From Neodothiora populina (lineage: Eukaryota), in contig NW_027191404.1 of assembly GCF_041146345.1 (NCBI RefSeq), forward strand, positions 806,001 to 870,000: DNA of 64,000 nt, in the 5' to 3' direction. The notes under the pieces were generated by a model. It searched no databases. It was given only the letters and a program-made list of their open reading frames with translations, and was not told where the DNA came from. This document shows positions 13,717-25,608 of the stretch, piece after piece (position 1 is the first letter of the stretch; each line of letters begins with the position of its first letter). The position numbers and the translations under genes are program-made.

Positions 13717-14367
13717 ATGGCCCCGATGGAAGAGCTCCAAACGGCACAGATCAACAGATCGATCCGAGCCATCAAAGCAGTGAGTCCAGCCAGCCCTCCA
13801 ATCGATCCCACATGAATCACAACCCACTGACACCGTGAAACAGGAACTCGAATACCTCTGCGACATGTCCGTCATCTCACCCCAGGAGCTCTCGACGCTC
13901 CTCTCCCAAGTCCCCTCTCAGACTGCGCTTCACGCACCCATCTCCGTCGGCGCCGTCCCGACCGCCGCCCCCGTCGTCGGCGCTCCTCAACCCCCCGCCG
14001 CCGCCGCGCCCACCCAAGCAATGCACAACCTGTCCGTCAACGAGAAACAGCAGCAGCAGCAGCAGCAGGAGTACTACCAGCAGCCGTCGCCCGTGGCGTC
14101 ACCTGCGCCCCCGCCAGCCTACGGCCAACCGCCCCCGCCAGCACAACCGCCACACGTGGGTCCGCCGGCCCTCGCGCAGGCCACGGCGCTCTACGCGTAC
14201 AACGGCACCGATCCGGGCGACCTGTCGCTGCAGCCTGATGAGCATATCGTCGTGACCGAGTACATGAACGCGGAGTGGTGGAAGGGGCGGTCGTCGCGGA
14301 CGGGCCAGGAGGGGATTTTCCCCAGGTCGTACGTCAGGGTTACGGAGGATGATAAGGGCGTTATGAT

Positions 14368-14400
<33 letters not shown>

Positions 14401-14572
14401 GACGAATTATGGCAATGTGCCGCTCGAGGTTAGTGGGCAGGGGGATGGGTCTGGCAAGGTGCCGGCTAAGGGCGCGGAGATGGGTAAGAAGTTCGGCAAG
14501 AAGCTCGGTAATGCGGCGATCTTTGGTGCTGGCGCTACTATGGGCGCGGATATTGTCAATTCTATCTTCTAG
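13717..14572 (+). CDS. Lsb1/Pin3-like SH3-domain protein, intron 13780-13843
   Basis: SH3 ALYAY..GDLSL..EWWKG..GIFPRSYV; C-terminus KKFGKKLGNAAIFGAGATMGADIVNSIF is characteristic of Lsb1/Pin3. Confidence 0.9.
14048..14068 (+). repeat. (CAG)7 coding polyQ
   Basis: Pure CAG tract read directly. Confidence 0.95.
14369..14398 (+). repeat. (CAG)10 coding polyQ
   Basis: Pure CAG tract read directly. Confidence 0.95.
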
Positions 14573-14761
14573 GCGGCTTTTTCTTTCTTTGTTGGTCTGG
14601 TTCGGGTCTGAGGGCATTTCGCACTGATGTCTAGATGTACATTGCATTGCGAGGCGTTTTCTTTCTGTCTGTTTGGACCTCTTTTGTGGTTCTGTACGTA
14701 CTACCCCTAATGAACACTCCTTATACCATATATACAATATGTATGTACAAGGCAAGCCCAA

Positions 14762-15996
14762 CTAATCCACCTGCCGGCCCTCGAATCCAGCATCAAGTAT
14801 ACCGATGAGTTCATCCAACCTATTTCACGTCAGCTTCCATCCTATCCCTTCTCACTTGACCAGCAGCACCTCACACTCGAAGCAAGGAAAATAAAAACAA
14901 ATACTAACCGACTAATAACCAGATCCGTCCTCTCATCCTTTTCCAATTCCTCCTTGCCCTCACTCCTCAGCAAGACCGTCGCGGCCCCGGCTTCATGTCC
15001 AGCGATGATATCATCGATACTGTCGCCCACCATAATCATCGGGATCGCGCCCTTTGTTCTCGGCTTGTGGTCCACGACGTCCGACTCCTGCAGGATTCCC
15101 CATGATTTGGCGATGTGCAGGATTCCGCCGGGAGAGGGCTTGGGGGGTCGGAACTCGCGCGTTATGATCGGGTGGATTGTGTGGGTTGGGAGGTGGTTGG
15201 ACAGGAGGTGCGTTACTGGTGTGCTGTGCGGGGGGAAGTAAAGGGGGAGAGATCAGTTTCTTTTTGCTTTACTCGCTGGGGTGGGGCCGTAGATTTTGGG
15301 GTTGTATTTCGGGTTTGTAGACGAGATTAGGCAGCGGGGAAAGGAAAGGCAAGGGTAGGAAATAAAGAAATGCACTCACTCGAAGTTCCTCGTACAAATC
15401 CCCTTCTTGATCCCCTTGCTGTCTAGATAGTCCATCAAAGCAAGCAGTCCAGCCTGCGGCACCTGTTTCTCCATGGCCGCCCTCTCGATGGCCTGGATCT
15501 TGGCGTGGGCTTCTTGCCGCTCTTGCTCCGATGGCAGGCTGTAGATGTGGTCGAGGATGTCTTCGGACTTGGGGATGCCCAGGGCGGCGCGCATTTCGCC
15601 GAACATGTAGTTTTGGGGCATGCCTTTTTCTCTTTTCTTAGTTCTGCCGTGGATTACGTGGTCTTTTCCTTTTGGATCTTGCTTCCACTTGCTTGTTTTT
15701 GGTGGAATGAAATCGGGCGAGGTGGGATATTGTGATATCAATATACAAAGATCTTCCTCATACATTCTCCTCCATCACTTCTTCTTGTTCCATATCCCTA
15801 TCTCAACCAACACACTGCAGAACGAACGAAAATGAAAAGAAAAAGAACAGGAGAAAGACTTACAAAGAGTACCATCAACATCAAAAACAACGCCCTTGAG
15901 GACAAGAGCCACGTTATCAAGTCCCCCACTACTGACATCTCTCACAGTCTTCTTGAGCAGAGGGGCGAACCTCCTTACTGATCTTGATGCACTCAT
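14762..15996 (-). CDS. HAD-superfamily hydrolase (YOR131C-like), 4 exons; introns 15624-15863, 15224-15399, 14820-14908
   Basis: Motif I VFDVDGTLC|MPQNYMF, motif II ICTRNF, motif III PPKPSPGGILHI, motif IV MVGDSIDD. Confidence 0.88.
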
Positions 15997-17185
15997 GCTT
16001 GTCTTTTTCTGTTGTGTACCTTCAATTGAGACTATACAACGGATGTATAGCTTATGAGTTACAAAGAAGTGGTCTTGACCCGCAGGGGAGATGGATGGTG
16101 TTGTGTCTGTGGTTTATTATATCGATCGGTTGGTTGGTGACGCATGTATATTTGTCTACCGAGTCATGCATGTCGTCGGTTCGTTATCGCGATAAGAGTA
16201 CGGTGTGCGATACGGTATTGCCTACCTTACTTACCCTGCCTCCTGGCCTGCCAGTAAAGATACACGAACCTTCATAATCACACTGCAATGCTGCCTTTTC
16301 ATGCTACTTCTCTTTGTTTAAAGGGAAGCAGGGTGATACTAAACAGTAAGCCAGGGCCCTGGAACGGGGTCACGACAGTCGGGACACTAGGTGAACGAAA
16401 GCAGTTTGTCCTTGCACGCTCTCCTGTGTTCTTCATGGTGTTGATATCTTTTCGCTTCACATATCGTCTCATTGCCTACCTATTGTTTGGGTTTTCCAGC
16501 TGCTACTGTGCTTATCACTGTATCCTTGTACTTGCCGTGGACGTTCTGTTTCACTATACCTCAGCCGTACCTTAGACTGTAACGACACACGCAAGCTCAC
16601 AAGATAGATGATTGAAATCAAGTCTGAAAAGACAAATTGAACCAAAGGAGGAAGAATGTGTTTGTATCGGCAGCATAGCAGTGAAAAGAGAGGTCTTTAC
16701 ATGGATTGCACTTTCGTATCTTGTCACTTATTTGACTGTATAGCTTCTTCGCATGTATCCGACTCTAATCAGAAGTAAAAGCGCGAGGATCCGTAGACTG
16801 CTTGCTCTGTTTGGTACGACAGAACGTATGCTTTTCGCTTGTGGTTGGATCATAAATTCACGAGACACAAGTACGGATCGAGTGTGAGATGACCTATCTA
16901 CAATCTTGTCGAGAATCTGAATCGAAGGAAAAGAACAGCGAGTATGGACAGAAAACCCATGGTTGAATTGGCATTGACGACATTTTTTATATGGTGTCAC
17001 CTTTTCATAAAAATGTAGCCAACTTTGTTTTGTGATTCTGGCCTTTATTAAAACGGGAAAAAGGGAAAGCAGAGTGGGATTTGGTATCTCGTGCAAGGAA
17101 TGCAAAGCCTGGCCCGATTTGATGGTGGCAGCTAAATGAGTTTTCGCAAAGACATGCTAGAAAGAGAATGTTCTGGAGGTCCCCA

Positions 17186-17880
17186 TCATCGATCATCTGG
17201 GTCGGGGTTGAAGATGCCTATACGCATGCGATGTAGCTGGAACAGAACAAGTCAGGATTGGGGTTTCCACTAGACACAAACAGGCAGACTCACAGCTGGT
17301 AACTTGGGTATCACAACGGCCAACGTAGCCAGGAAATTGATGGTGAAATATGTCAAGTCGTAGTGCGTGTAGTGCGTGCTGACCAGAAACAGCAGAATGG
17401 GAACAGACAGCAGGAACTTCTTGGCCGGGGTATATTGATCGCCGCTGTCGATCTGCTCCCACATGTTCAGGTTGTCGTAGGCGCCGGCATTGAACTCGAA
17501 AGGAACACCCCTGACCCAATGGAACATGAGGAAGGAGCCGGCCATGTATGTGATGTTGGTGAGACTCCATGACGTCTCTTGAGAGATGTTGGGGACGATG
17601 TCGAACACGATCTTGAGCAAGGCGATGATGACGAAGTGAATAGCCCAGGCACCTGATTGCGATACAGAGTCAGCACAATATTTCCTCATTTTCTTCTTGA
17701 CAAGTGTGATGGCACGAAAGCACATGCAGAGATAATGATGTACGCACCCTTTGCATTGACCCATTCGGAATTGAGATTGGGCAAAGCGGCCTGGTCGCTC
17801 ATCTGTTCCAGCGACTCTGTCGGCTCTGTGTACATCAGACTGCTAGACCTCCTACGTCTCCTCTGCTCTTTCATCTCCAT
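17186..17880 (-). CDS. ORM1: ORMDL-family sphingolipid-synthesis regulator, 3 exons (introns 17653-17747, 17237-17293)
   Basis: RRRRRSSS phospho-motif, NLNSEWVNAKG|AW, FHWVRGVPF, WEQID..QYTPAKKFL, IPKLPA|LHRMRI. Confidence 0.95.
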
Positions 17881-17993
17881 GGCTCGGTCGGCGGAATGGA
17901 CGCTGAGCTTAGGGTTTGGTGGCTGGTTGACGTCGCCGGCAAATGTCAAGCCAGAAGGCTGGAGGAGTAAGGAAGACAGCTTGACGGTATTGC

Positions 17994-18008
17994 GGGGGGG
18001 GGGGGGGG
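17994..18008. repeat. G15 homopolymer (C15 on the ORM1 sense strand)
   Basis: Read directly. Confidence 0.9.
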
Positions 18009-19612
18009 TAAAACACAGGGAGTGATCTGAAGTGGGGGAGAGAGGCGAGGGTGGGACTGATGACCGGGTAGTATGCGAGTGATGGAACGGGCGATGGGGG
18101 CCAGAAGAGACAAAAGACAAGAGACAAAAGTGCCGGTTGCTGTCGATGATGTGACGATGATCCGGTCAAGGCGGGATTGTCAAAGGAAACCTCCAGGGAA
18201 GAAAGTGTTGACGGGGGTGTTGTTGGCTGTGGTCCAGGCAGAGTAACACTCTACTCTCTGTGATGTCGGCGGTGCGGCCAAGTGGTACCAAGGCTCTATG
18301 GGCAAAACGGACAAAGAGGCGTGTGAGACAAGAGAGGGCTCGAAGCTGGCTCCAAATCGGGACGCCCGTAAAAGGATGTATACGGGCAGAAGGTGAGCCG
18401 AAAGTGGTACAGGTACCTGTTGTCTGTAGAGAGTAATCCAGATCTGATCTCGGGGGTTACAGGTACAGATGGGAAAAAAGGGCACGAGCGATGACGCCGA
18501 AAGGGTGCGTGCAATATATGCAGGAGAGGACAGGGGTGGGCTCAAGGAGCTGGACTGCTGTAATAGAAGCCGCGCAACCTGCCTGCTACTTGGGTACAGT
18601 AGATGTGGAAGAGATTGAAATAGAGTAAGACGAGACCCTTTCTTTTGGATTGATAAGAGTCCAGGCAACAAAAGGTCAAGATATAAGAAAAAAAACAAAG
18701 AGGTTATGAGGGAGGCAACAAGTTACAGAAACTACAACAACCACACAAAAGTATCCTCAAGAGTGTTCGTGGTCTTCTCTCATACGAAGCTGGGAAACTC
18801 GACATTTACTGGTGCAACCAACCAGAGGCGGGCAAAGCCAACTTTGTTCTGCAAATCCAAGGGACCAACTTGCCTCATCGTCAGCCTCATACGCCTCATA
18901 TGCCCCCCATACTACTACACTAGTATTAATTACTACTACCGCCTTGTCCTTCTGCGCTTCTCTCTTCTCCCACCTAGACTGGCTGGACTGGACAGTGTCT
19001 CGGAGTCATCCGCATTTTCTCTTTTCCTTGGCAGAGATCCGACCCTACGACATCCAGACCTTGGCCCTGACGAACCATTGACCACATTCCCAATTCGCCA
19101 GCATCTTGTCATTATTATATGCATGTGTCTTCACTGTCTGCAGCATTGCTTACAGTACTTGATGACCCCTGTCCCACGAAATGCCATTCGTGGGAGACAG
19201 AAGACAAGTCCACTCGACTGCGTATCTCAGTGGGTCCACTGTACACGCGGATTCCCAGGATCCCACATGCTCGTGATGTTCGCCCTTCGACGAGATTATG
19301 GAGCACGGCTACGTCACTCTGGCGGCCGCCCATTACTCAGGTCGCAATCCGATTAATCAAGCTGATAAGCCTGTGTGTGTGTGACTAACATGACGGAAGC
19401 AGAACACGGTGCTGGACACACGTTGACGGTTCTTTCGCATGTGATTGCTCAAAGCGGGCATCTTATTCTGAATGTTCTTCGTAAAACTTTTCTTAGGGTG
19501 CAAGGAAATGTGAACAGTAGTGGATATCTGATGAACGAAACAGTGACAACACCCACGCCTGACAACAAAAATCGTGATTTCAGAGTCATAATCTCATCCA
19601 CCTCCGACGGCC

Positions 19613-20938
19613 TCAGTCGTCCAGCTCTAGCGGTAGAGAATCGTAGACGACCTCGTTGTCCTCGTAATGGATCAAGAACCCACCCTGCAAGATCCTGCGC
19701 AGTGACTTGAGCCTGATGAGTTTCCACCACTTGTCAATCGCCACGGTGTTCTTGCCGATGGACACCTTCATTCGTGATCCGTACACCTTGTTCGTTTCTT
19801 GGTCGATGGCGTTGTTGTAGCGAGGACCACGAGTGGGATGTTGCACCGTGTTGGCTATGTCGGCGAAGTTGGTGTGCAGCGACTTTTTGTCCTTTTTCGA
19901 TATGCGTTTGGACGAAACCTTGGACAAACTTTCGAGCAGGTGCACGAGTTGGTGCTCTTGACGGTAAACGGTGTATCGCTTCACCATGTTGGCTGCCGTC
20001 GGGTCTTCTTCCTCGTCATCATCCACGTCTCCCTTTGCCGGAGGCTCTTCGTCGTCTTCCCGCTCCGTCCAACTTTTCTCGTACAGCAATGCAATGTTCT
20101 CTCCTGCTGAAATCTGAACGTTCACGTGCGATGACTCCAGCTGTTCAACGAACGACTCCATCGCTTCTTCACTGGCATCCTCCATCTCCTCGACCTGAGT
20201 TGCCAGGAAACCCCATTCCTCCAGTGCGGCGGTGACCACATCAGCCTCGTCCGGTGCATCGACGTAATGTCCGTCAGAGGCGACGATCTCGAGGAAGAAG
20301 TCCATGATCTCTTGCATTTCTCCGAGGCTTGCGCCACCGTAGAAAGCAGCCGCACCGAGGGTATGGATTGCGGCTACCTTGACCGGGTTGTGCTGGGAAT
20401 CCGTGACGACAAGCTTGACAGACCCAGCCACAGAATCGTAGATATGGTCTGAAGGTTCTGTGACGAGAATGAGAGCCAGAGCCTTGAGGGCCAACACCGT
20501 CTCCCCCTCGGTCTGGCCAGCTTTGACGCTTTTCAGAATGGCAGTGACCAGGTCGGACACTCTGGTGCGAATGTGTTGGGCAGCATAGTGAGCCATGAGT
20601 ATATGAGAGAAGGCATTCAGACTCTCTTCCCGTCCTTGAACGCTGCTTCTCTTACGGTCGGTGATCTGACCAATACGCTCGTTCAATTCATTGATCCAGA
20701 TCTCGGACGGCGTGTCGTCTTCCGGCAGTAGGTCTTCAAGCGAATTGGTGCTCCACTGCGTCGTGTCGCTATACTCGCTCTCGTCATCCGAGGCGTTGCG
20801 ACTCGTGACGCGCGAGTTTGCGCGAGAGCCAGCGGGCGAGTTGGTCTTTGATCCTGCTATCGAGGGAGCCTTGGTTCTGGCTTTTCGCGAGACTGTCTTG
20901 CCGCTCTCGAGCGCTCGTCGGCGCAGATCTTCGTGCAT
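19613..20938 (-). CDS. Interferon-related developmental regulator (IFRD) domain protein, single exon
   Basis: 441-aa ORF with AALEEWGFLAT, LESSHVNVQISAGENIALLYE, KKDKKSLHTNFADI and WWKLIRLKSLRRILQGGFLIHYEDN, matching IFRD N- and C-domain patterns. Confidence 0.88.
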   Translation of the reverse strand: MHEDLRRRALESGKTVSRKARTKAPSIAGSKTNSPAGSRANSRVTSRNASDDESEYSDTTQWSTNSLEDLLPEDDTPSEIWINELNERIGQITDRKRSSVQGREESLNAFSHILMAHYAAQHIRTRVSDLVTAILKSVKAGQTEGETVLALKALALILVTEPSDHIYDSVAGSVKLVVTDSQHNPVKVAAIHTLGAAAFYGGASLGEMQEIMDFFLEIVASDGHYVDAPDEADVVTAALEEWGFLATQVEEMEDASEEAMESFVEQLESSHVNVQISAGENIALLYEKSWTEREDDEEPPAKGDVDDDEEEDPTAANMVKRYTVYRQEHQLVHLLESLSKVSSKRISKKDKKSLHTNFADIANTVQHPTRGPRYNNAIDQETNKVYGSRMKVSIGKNTVAIDKWWKLIRLKSLRRILQGGFLIHYEDNEVVYDSLPLELDD

Positions 20939-21041
20939 GATGTCCCACTTCTGACGGTTATGGCGAGTCTGTGGTGGTTTGTGGGTTACGTTCTGTGGTT
21001 ATCGGGCGGATGGATGAATAGATTTCCTGTTGGTCTGCTGC

Positions 21042-21089
21042 TCAGCTGATTCTGGTCTGCGATGTACTGTTCTGTTGTCGCAGTTCCAT
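21042..21089 (-). promoter_or_regulatory. Putative 15-codon uORF (MELRQQNSTSQTRIS*) upstream of IFRD
   Basis: Only ATG between the CT-rich tract (~21150-21175) and the IFRD start; its stop lies ~100 nt before the main ATG. TSS is not known. Confidence 0.5.
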
Positions 21090-21181
21090 GAAAGAAAGGT
21101 GATGATTGTAGATGATCAGAGAATCTCCGAGTGTGTGGTGATGAAGATCAAGAGATGGAAGGAAGAGAAAAAGGTTCTGCC

Positions 21182-21405
21182 TGACTCTCCGAACTCTTGA
21201 CTCACTTACTCCAGGCAGACACAGACGCAGACGCATGTTTCGCGCCCGCCAGTGACGTCATCGTGCAGCATTGGGCACGGCTTTCTGACTTCTGATCTTT
21301 GTATAACTCTTTCTTATTGGCGGACATGGTTCATCCTGCTTTAGCCGACCACCTTGCCGTACTGTACTCTACAGTACACACCCCACTGTACTAGTAGTTG
21401 AGTCA
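21182..21405. promoter_or_regulatory. bZIP site cluster: TGACTCT 21182, TGACTCA 21198, CRE TGACGTCA 21253, TGAGTCA 21399
   Basis: Matches to Gcn4/CpcA and ATF/CREB consensus upstream of IFRD. Confidence 0.55.
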
Positions 21406-21539
21406 CACGCTCAAGGTCCAGCGAATATGTCTAGTGGAACAACCCAGACCTCGGCTTGTCTTGTCAGAGGTATGATCTCACAATTACAAAGGCAGCTATA
21501 TGATCAACGAGCAGTGTATACAATCAACAGTCAAGGCCA

Positions 21540-23649
21540 TCAAGGCAGGGGTCGAGGACCAATGATTTGTCTCCGACCACCGAACGCGATGCCACTGCCC
21601 GTGCTGCTGCCCTTGTTCTGACTATCGCCGCCGGTGAAACCGTACTGGTTCACATCCCAGGTCTTGCCCTCGGCGCTGCCCTCGTTCGTGTCACGAGGCG
21701 CCTTGCTCGTCGCCTGCTGAGCGGCTTCCCACTCACGCTGCCTCTCACGTTCCCTCTCCATCTCGCGTTCCAATAGCGACTTCGAAGCCCAACCACCTGC
21801 TTTTGTCTTTTGTTGCGAGGCCAGTCGTCGCTGCTGATCCGTGTCTTCCTCCAGCGTCGAGGTGTAGCCCATTTCTGCAGGTCGATGTGTGACAGGTTTT
21901 GGTGATGTAGGAGGGGCGTTGTCGGCAAGGAAACGTTCTGTGCGATTCTGTGGTGCTGTCGAGGGTTGGTAGTCTTCTGGCTTAGGTAGAGGTCGGCGGG
22001 CCCCGGCCATGCCCGTGTCCGTTTCTGCTTCTTGAGGCAGCTTGTGAGATGAAGGCTGCGGCAACGGTCTTGAAGATCCTGTACCTGCAGATCCTACAGG
22101 TCGTGTCGAGCCTAATTGTGAGTCTGCAGTCGATGGTCTCGAGTCGTGCCATTGCTTCTGTAGGTACTCGCGCTCGTCCGGCGCCCACGAGGCTTCGCTG
22201 TCCTTGGGAGAGGGAGGTCTGGGCACAGAGTCGCCGGTCAATCGATGAATGTCTTGTCGAGCTCTCTCTTCTCGTTCCCGTTGATACTGTCTCTCGCGCT
22301 CTCGTGCCTCCTCGAGCTGCTTCTCCAACTCCCGCACACGTCGCTTCTCCGGCGTGTCTTCTTGCTCTCTCGGACTGCGTGGAGGGACCAGGGGCGCCTG
22401 CGCGGCCGCTTGCTCGGCCTGATACTGGCTCAAGAACTGGCCGGTCAACCTAGCATCACTCGTAGCACGGCTTCGTGGGTTGGTCTTGGTAGCGTGCTTC
22501 TGTGCCTCGGCTTCCTCCTTGAGTCGGGCCTCCTCTTCTGCTTGCCATTTGCGTTCTTGATCCTCCCACTCCTTTTTCTGTTGCTCGAGTCGCTTTCGCT
22601 GCTCTTCTCTGACGCGATTCGTCTCCTGTTCCCATTTCTGCTCTTCCGCCGCTCTCTCCTGCTCCTCATGCGCGTCCGACTCCACTCTCCTCTTGCGCTC
22701 GGCTTCCTCGGCTTCCAAGCGTAATCTGGCTTCTTCCGCCTCCTTCTCCTTCCTCTTACGTTCCTTCTCCGCCAAGCTGGGCACGTGTGGCGCAGCGGTA
22801 GTGATCTGTCTCCGGGCACCGAAGGCGACACCTTGGTTGCCTTGACTGGCACCGCCCATGTAACCGTACTGATGGATGTTCCATGCCGGGTTGGTTGTGC
22901 CTTGGTCACCTTTTCGAGACCAGCTACTAACTGTGCCTGAAGATGATTTCAGGCTTGAATTGGTTGCGTTAGAAGCGTTGGATCCGCCAGTGAGAGCCGG
23001 ACTGAGTGGCCGGGCGCTGCCTACGGCAGGGGAGAGTTTGGAGGGAGTGGTGGAGTAATTTTGGGAGTTGGTGCTCGCGTTCCTGCCGAGCGTGGAAGAA
23101 CCGGAGGGACTGAGAGCACCGGCCTTCTTGGAGGGACCGATGGTGGTAGGAAATCTATCAGGATTGAGTTCGTGGGCCACTCTGCTGAACGCCATGATTG
23201 TCTGAAGGACCTGGGCAGGATCTTTGGATTCGTAGAGATCAACGGTCAAAAAGCGATCATGAGAATGCATGTTCAGCGGTGGTGATGAACAGGCGCGGAG
23301 GAAGTTGGATATGTTCTCCATCTGAATGAACGGCATGCCGGACTTCTTGAATTTGATTCCAGGAGGAGGTAACACTAGGTTAACGAGCCTGACGAGGCAG
23401 CAAGGCAGCCATGGTCAGCTTCCCGGATGCATGATGATGGTTTATGTCACATGAAGGAGTGATGAGGGGACGCGCATACTTGCATAGAACAACACCATCC
23501 TTGAGCACGTTTTGAAGGAGATCGCCCGGAGGCAGAGTCTCGCCCAGAGCAGACTCGATCCATTCACGGGCTTCGTTGGCGGACTGAGGTGTATACCGTG
23601 ACAGGCGCAAGTTGCGCATATCTTGATCGAGAGAAGTGACGGAAGCCAT
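21540..23649 (-). CDS. Long calponin/transgelin-like protein (CH domain, calponin-type repeats, charged helix), intron 23389-23479
   Basis: MASVTSLDQDMRNLRLSRY..LKDGVVLCK|LVN..MPFIQMENISNFL..FLTVDLYESKDPAQV resembles the Scp1/transgelin CH domain. Confidence 0.9.
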
Positions 23650-24653
23650 GACGCCCGAGTGGGATCCGTTGGTCCGGGAAGAGTATTGCTGTTGCTGCTG
23701 TTTCTTCTTCTTGTCTTGGTTTCTATGTGGCAATGGGGCTACTGCTACAGAGATGAAGACGAAAAAACAACAGAAACGGTAGTGTTGTGGAGGGGTGATA
23801 AGGTATGCTGAGGAGTAGAGAAGGGCCCAAGGGGTGTAGACTACAGTATCGTACTGTACAGTATGGTGCCTAAGCGGACGCCTTAGCGTGGCGTACAGCA
23901 ATACTTGTACAGTAATACAGTACTGCTAAACACACAAATTGCCCCCACCAAAGATGAGATGGCGGAAAGAGAAGCTTACTCTACTGAACGGCTACTGCGG
24001 TGCTGCACACTGCGCTCTACACTGCGTGCGTGTTTAAGGTAGGCACAAACGCAATTACGGGAAACTTGCTGCCGAACCGCCGCCACCGCCGCCGGATCGC
24101 CCAGGGTGAGCAGCAAGCACAGGGGATCTGAGGAAGGCGTCCAGAAGCCTTTACCTTGAGCTAAGTGTAACCTGAGGTAAGGCACCTCATCTGCAAAAAG
24201 GGTACAGGTTTTGTACGTCATAGCTCAATCGCCTGAGGTTCTTACACTGATGGTTGCATTTGTCTTCTATTACCATTTCCACTAAGGAAATGCAGTTTAA
24301 GCTGCGGTAAAGTAAGGTAGGTAGTCAGTCCCTGGGTGGGAGGCGTGCTGTAGGTTCGTGCATACATACATGATGCATACACTCGGTACTGTAGGTACCT
24401 CGATAGCTTCTTGTCAATGTCCCATCTTACACTTTTATTGTTCTCGTCAGCAATTCCCCCCGAGTGGTCTACTTCATACAAGATCAGCCAAGGAAAAAGT
24501 GCATGTCCAGAAAGAAAAAGCATGCATCACCGTCTGATCTGATAATAGCACAACCCATCGCCTGCGGAAGACACCGCAATCTAACATGTGACAAGAATAA
24601 CTTTTCCCCTTGAGATTACATACTTTTGAAAATACGTCAAATCAAAATAACAA

Positions 24654-25608
24654 ATGTCTTCCCCCTCGCCTCCTGGGGCCATTCGTCAGCTATGGTTCAA
24701 ATGGAAGACTCTAAGATTACCGTGGCGGAAGAAGTGGCTTGTCGGTATGTTGCTTTGTCTCCTTCGATTGACTTATTGCCTCGAGATGGTCGATCAATCA
24801 CATCTATTTCTAATCAATCTTTTTCCTTTTTTCTCTACGCCAAACCGCTGACTGATCTCCCATCGCCACAACAGGCGCTGACCTATCCGGCAACACATTC
24901 TGGGAATTCAAAGATGCTCTGAACGCCAACCGTCTGCGCCGAATCGTGCACTACAACCCCAAAGCCCACTATGCCGACGTCAAGATAGCACGTACGTCGT
25001 CGAACCTTTTCTCCCTCCTTTTCTCCTTTCCTGTAACAACAACAACAACATCGAAGCCAGAGAAAAGAAACAAAAAGAACTAACATGTAGTCATAAAACA
25101 ACAGCACAATGGCACCAATGGCTGCGCCACACACGCCCCGACGCCCCCTCGATCCAAGAGCAGCAACTCGACGTAACGCGACAGATCCGCATGCGCCAAC
25201 TTGCCGCCGAGGCCGACGCGCGCTGGAATTCGGTTCCATCGTTCCTCGACAGTCCTGATAAGCAACAGGCTGTGCCGGCTATTGGAGTCGTCAAGGATGC
25301 GGGTGGTTATGTGCAGGATGGGAATCAGATCGAGCCGGGCGCTGCGGGTGAGGGAGTCATAAATGCTGTTGTTAGTGATGCGTCACCACCGCAGCATCAG
25401 CACCAGCAGCAAGAGCAGGATGTGCAGGGCTCTACTGCGGAGGACAAGAAGACTGTGGCTGCGGCTGCAGCAACAGAGGGTAGCAGTGCTTCCAAGGGCA
25501 AGACCAAGACCAAGACCAAGAAAGCGAACCCGTGGAAACAGGCTGCTCGAGGTGCTCCTGGTGAGGACTGGCAACCTCAAAGCTGGACGCCGGGCGTTGC
25601 TCGCAAGC

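Noticed and set aside
15815..15863. Stwintron (nested intron) in HAD intron 1
   Set aside because: Removing the inner GT..CAG does not rebuild a valid donor, and there is no clear inner branch site.
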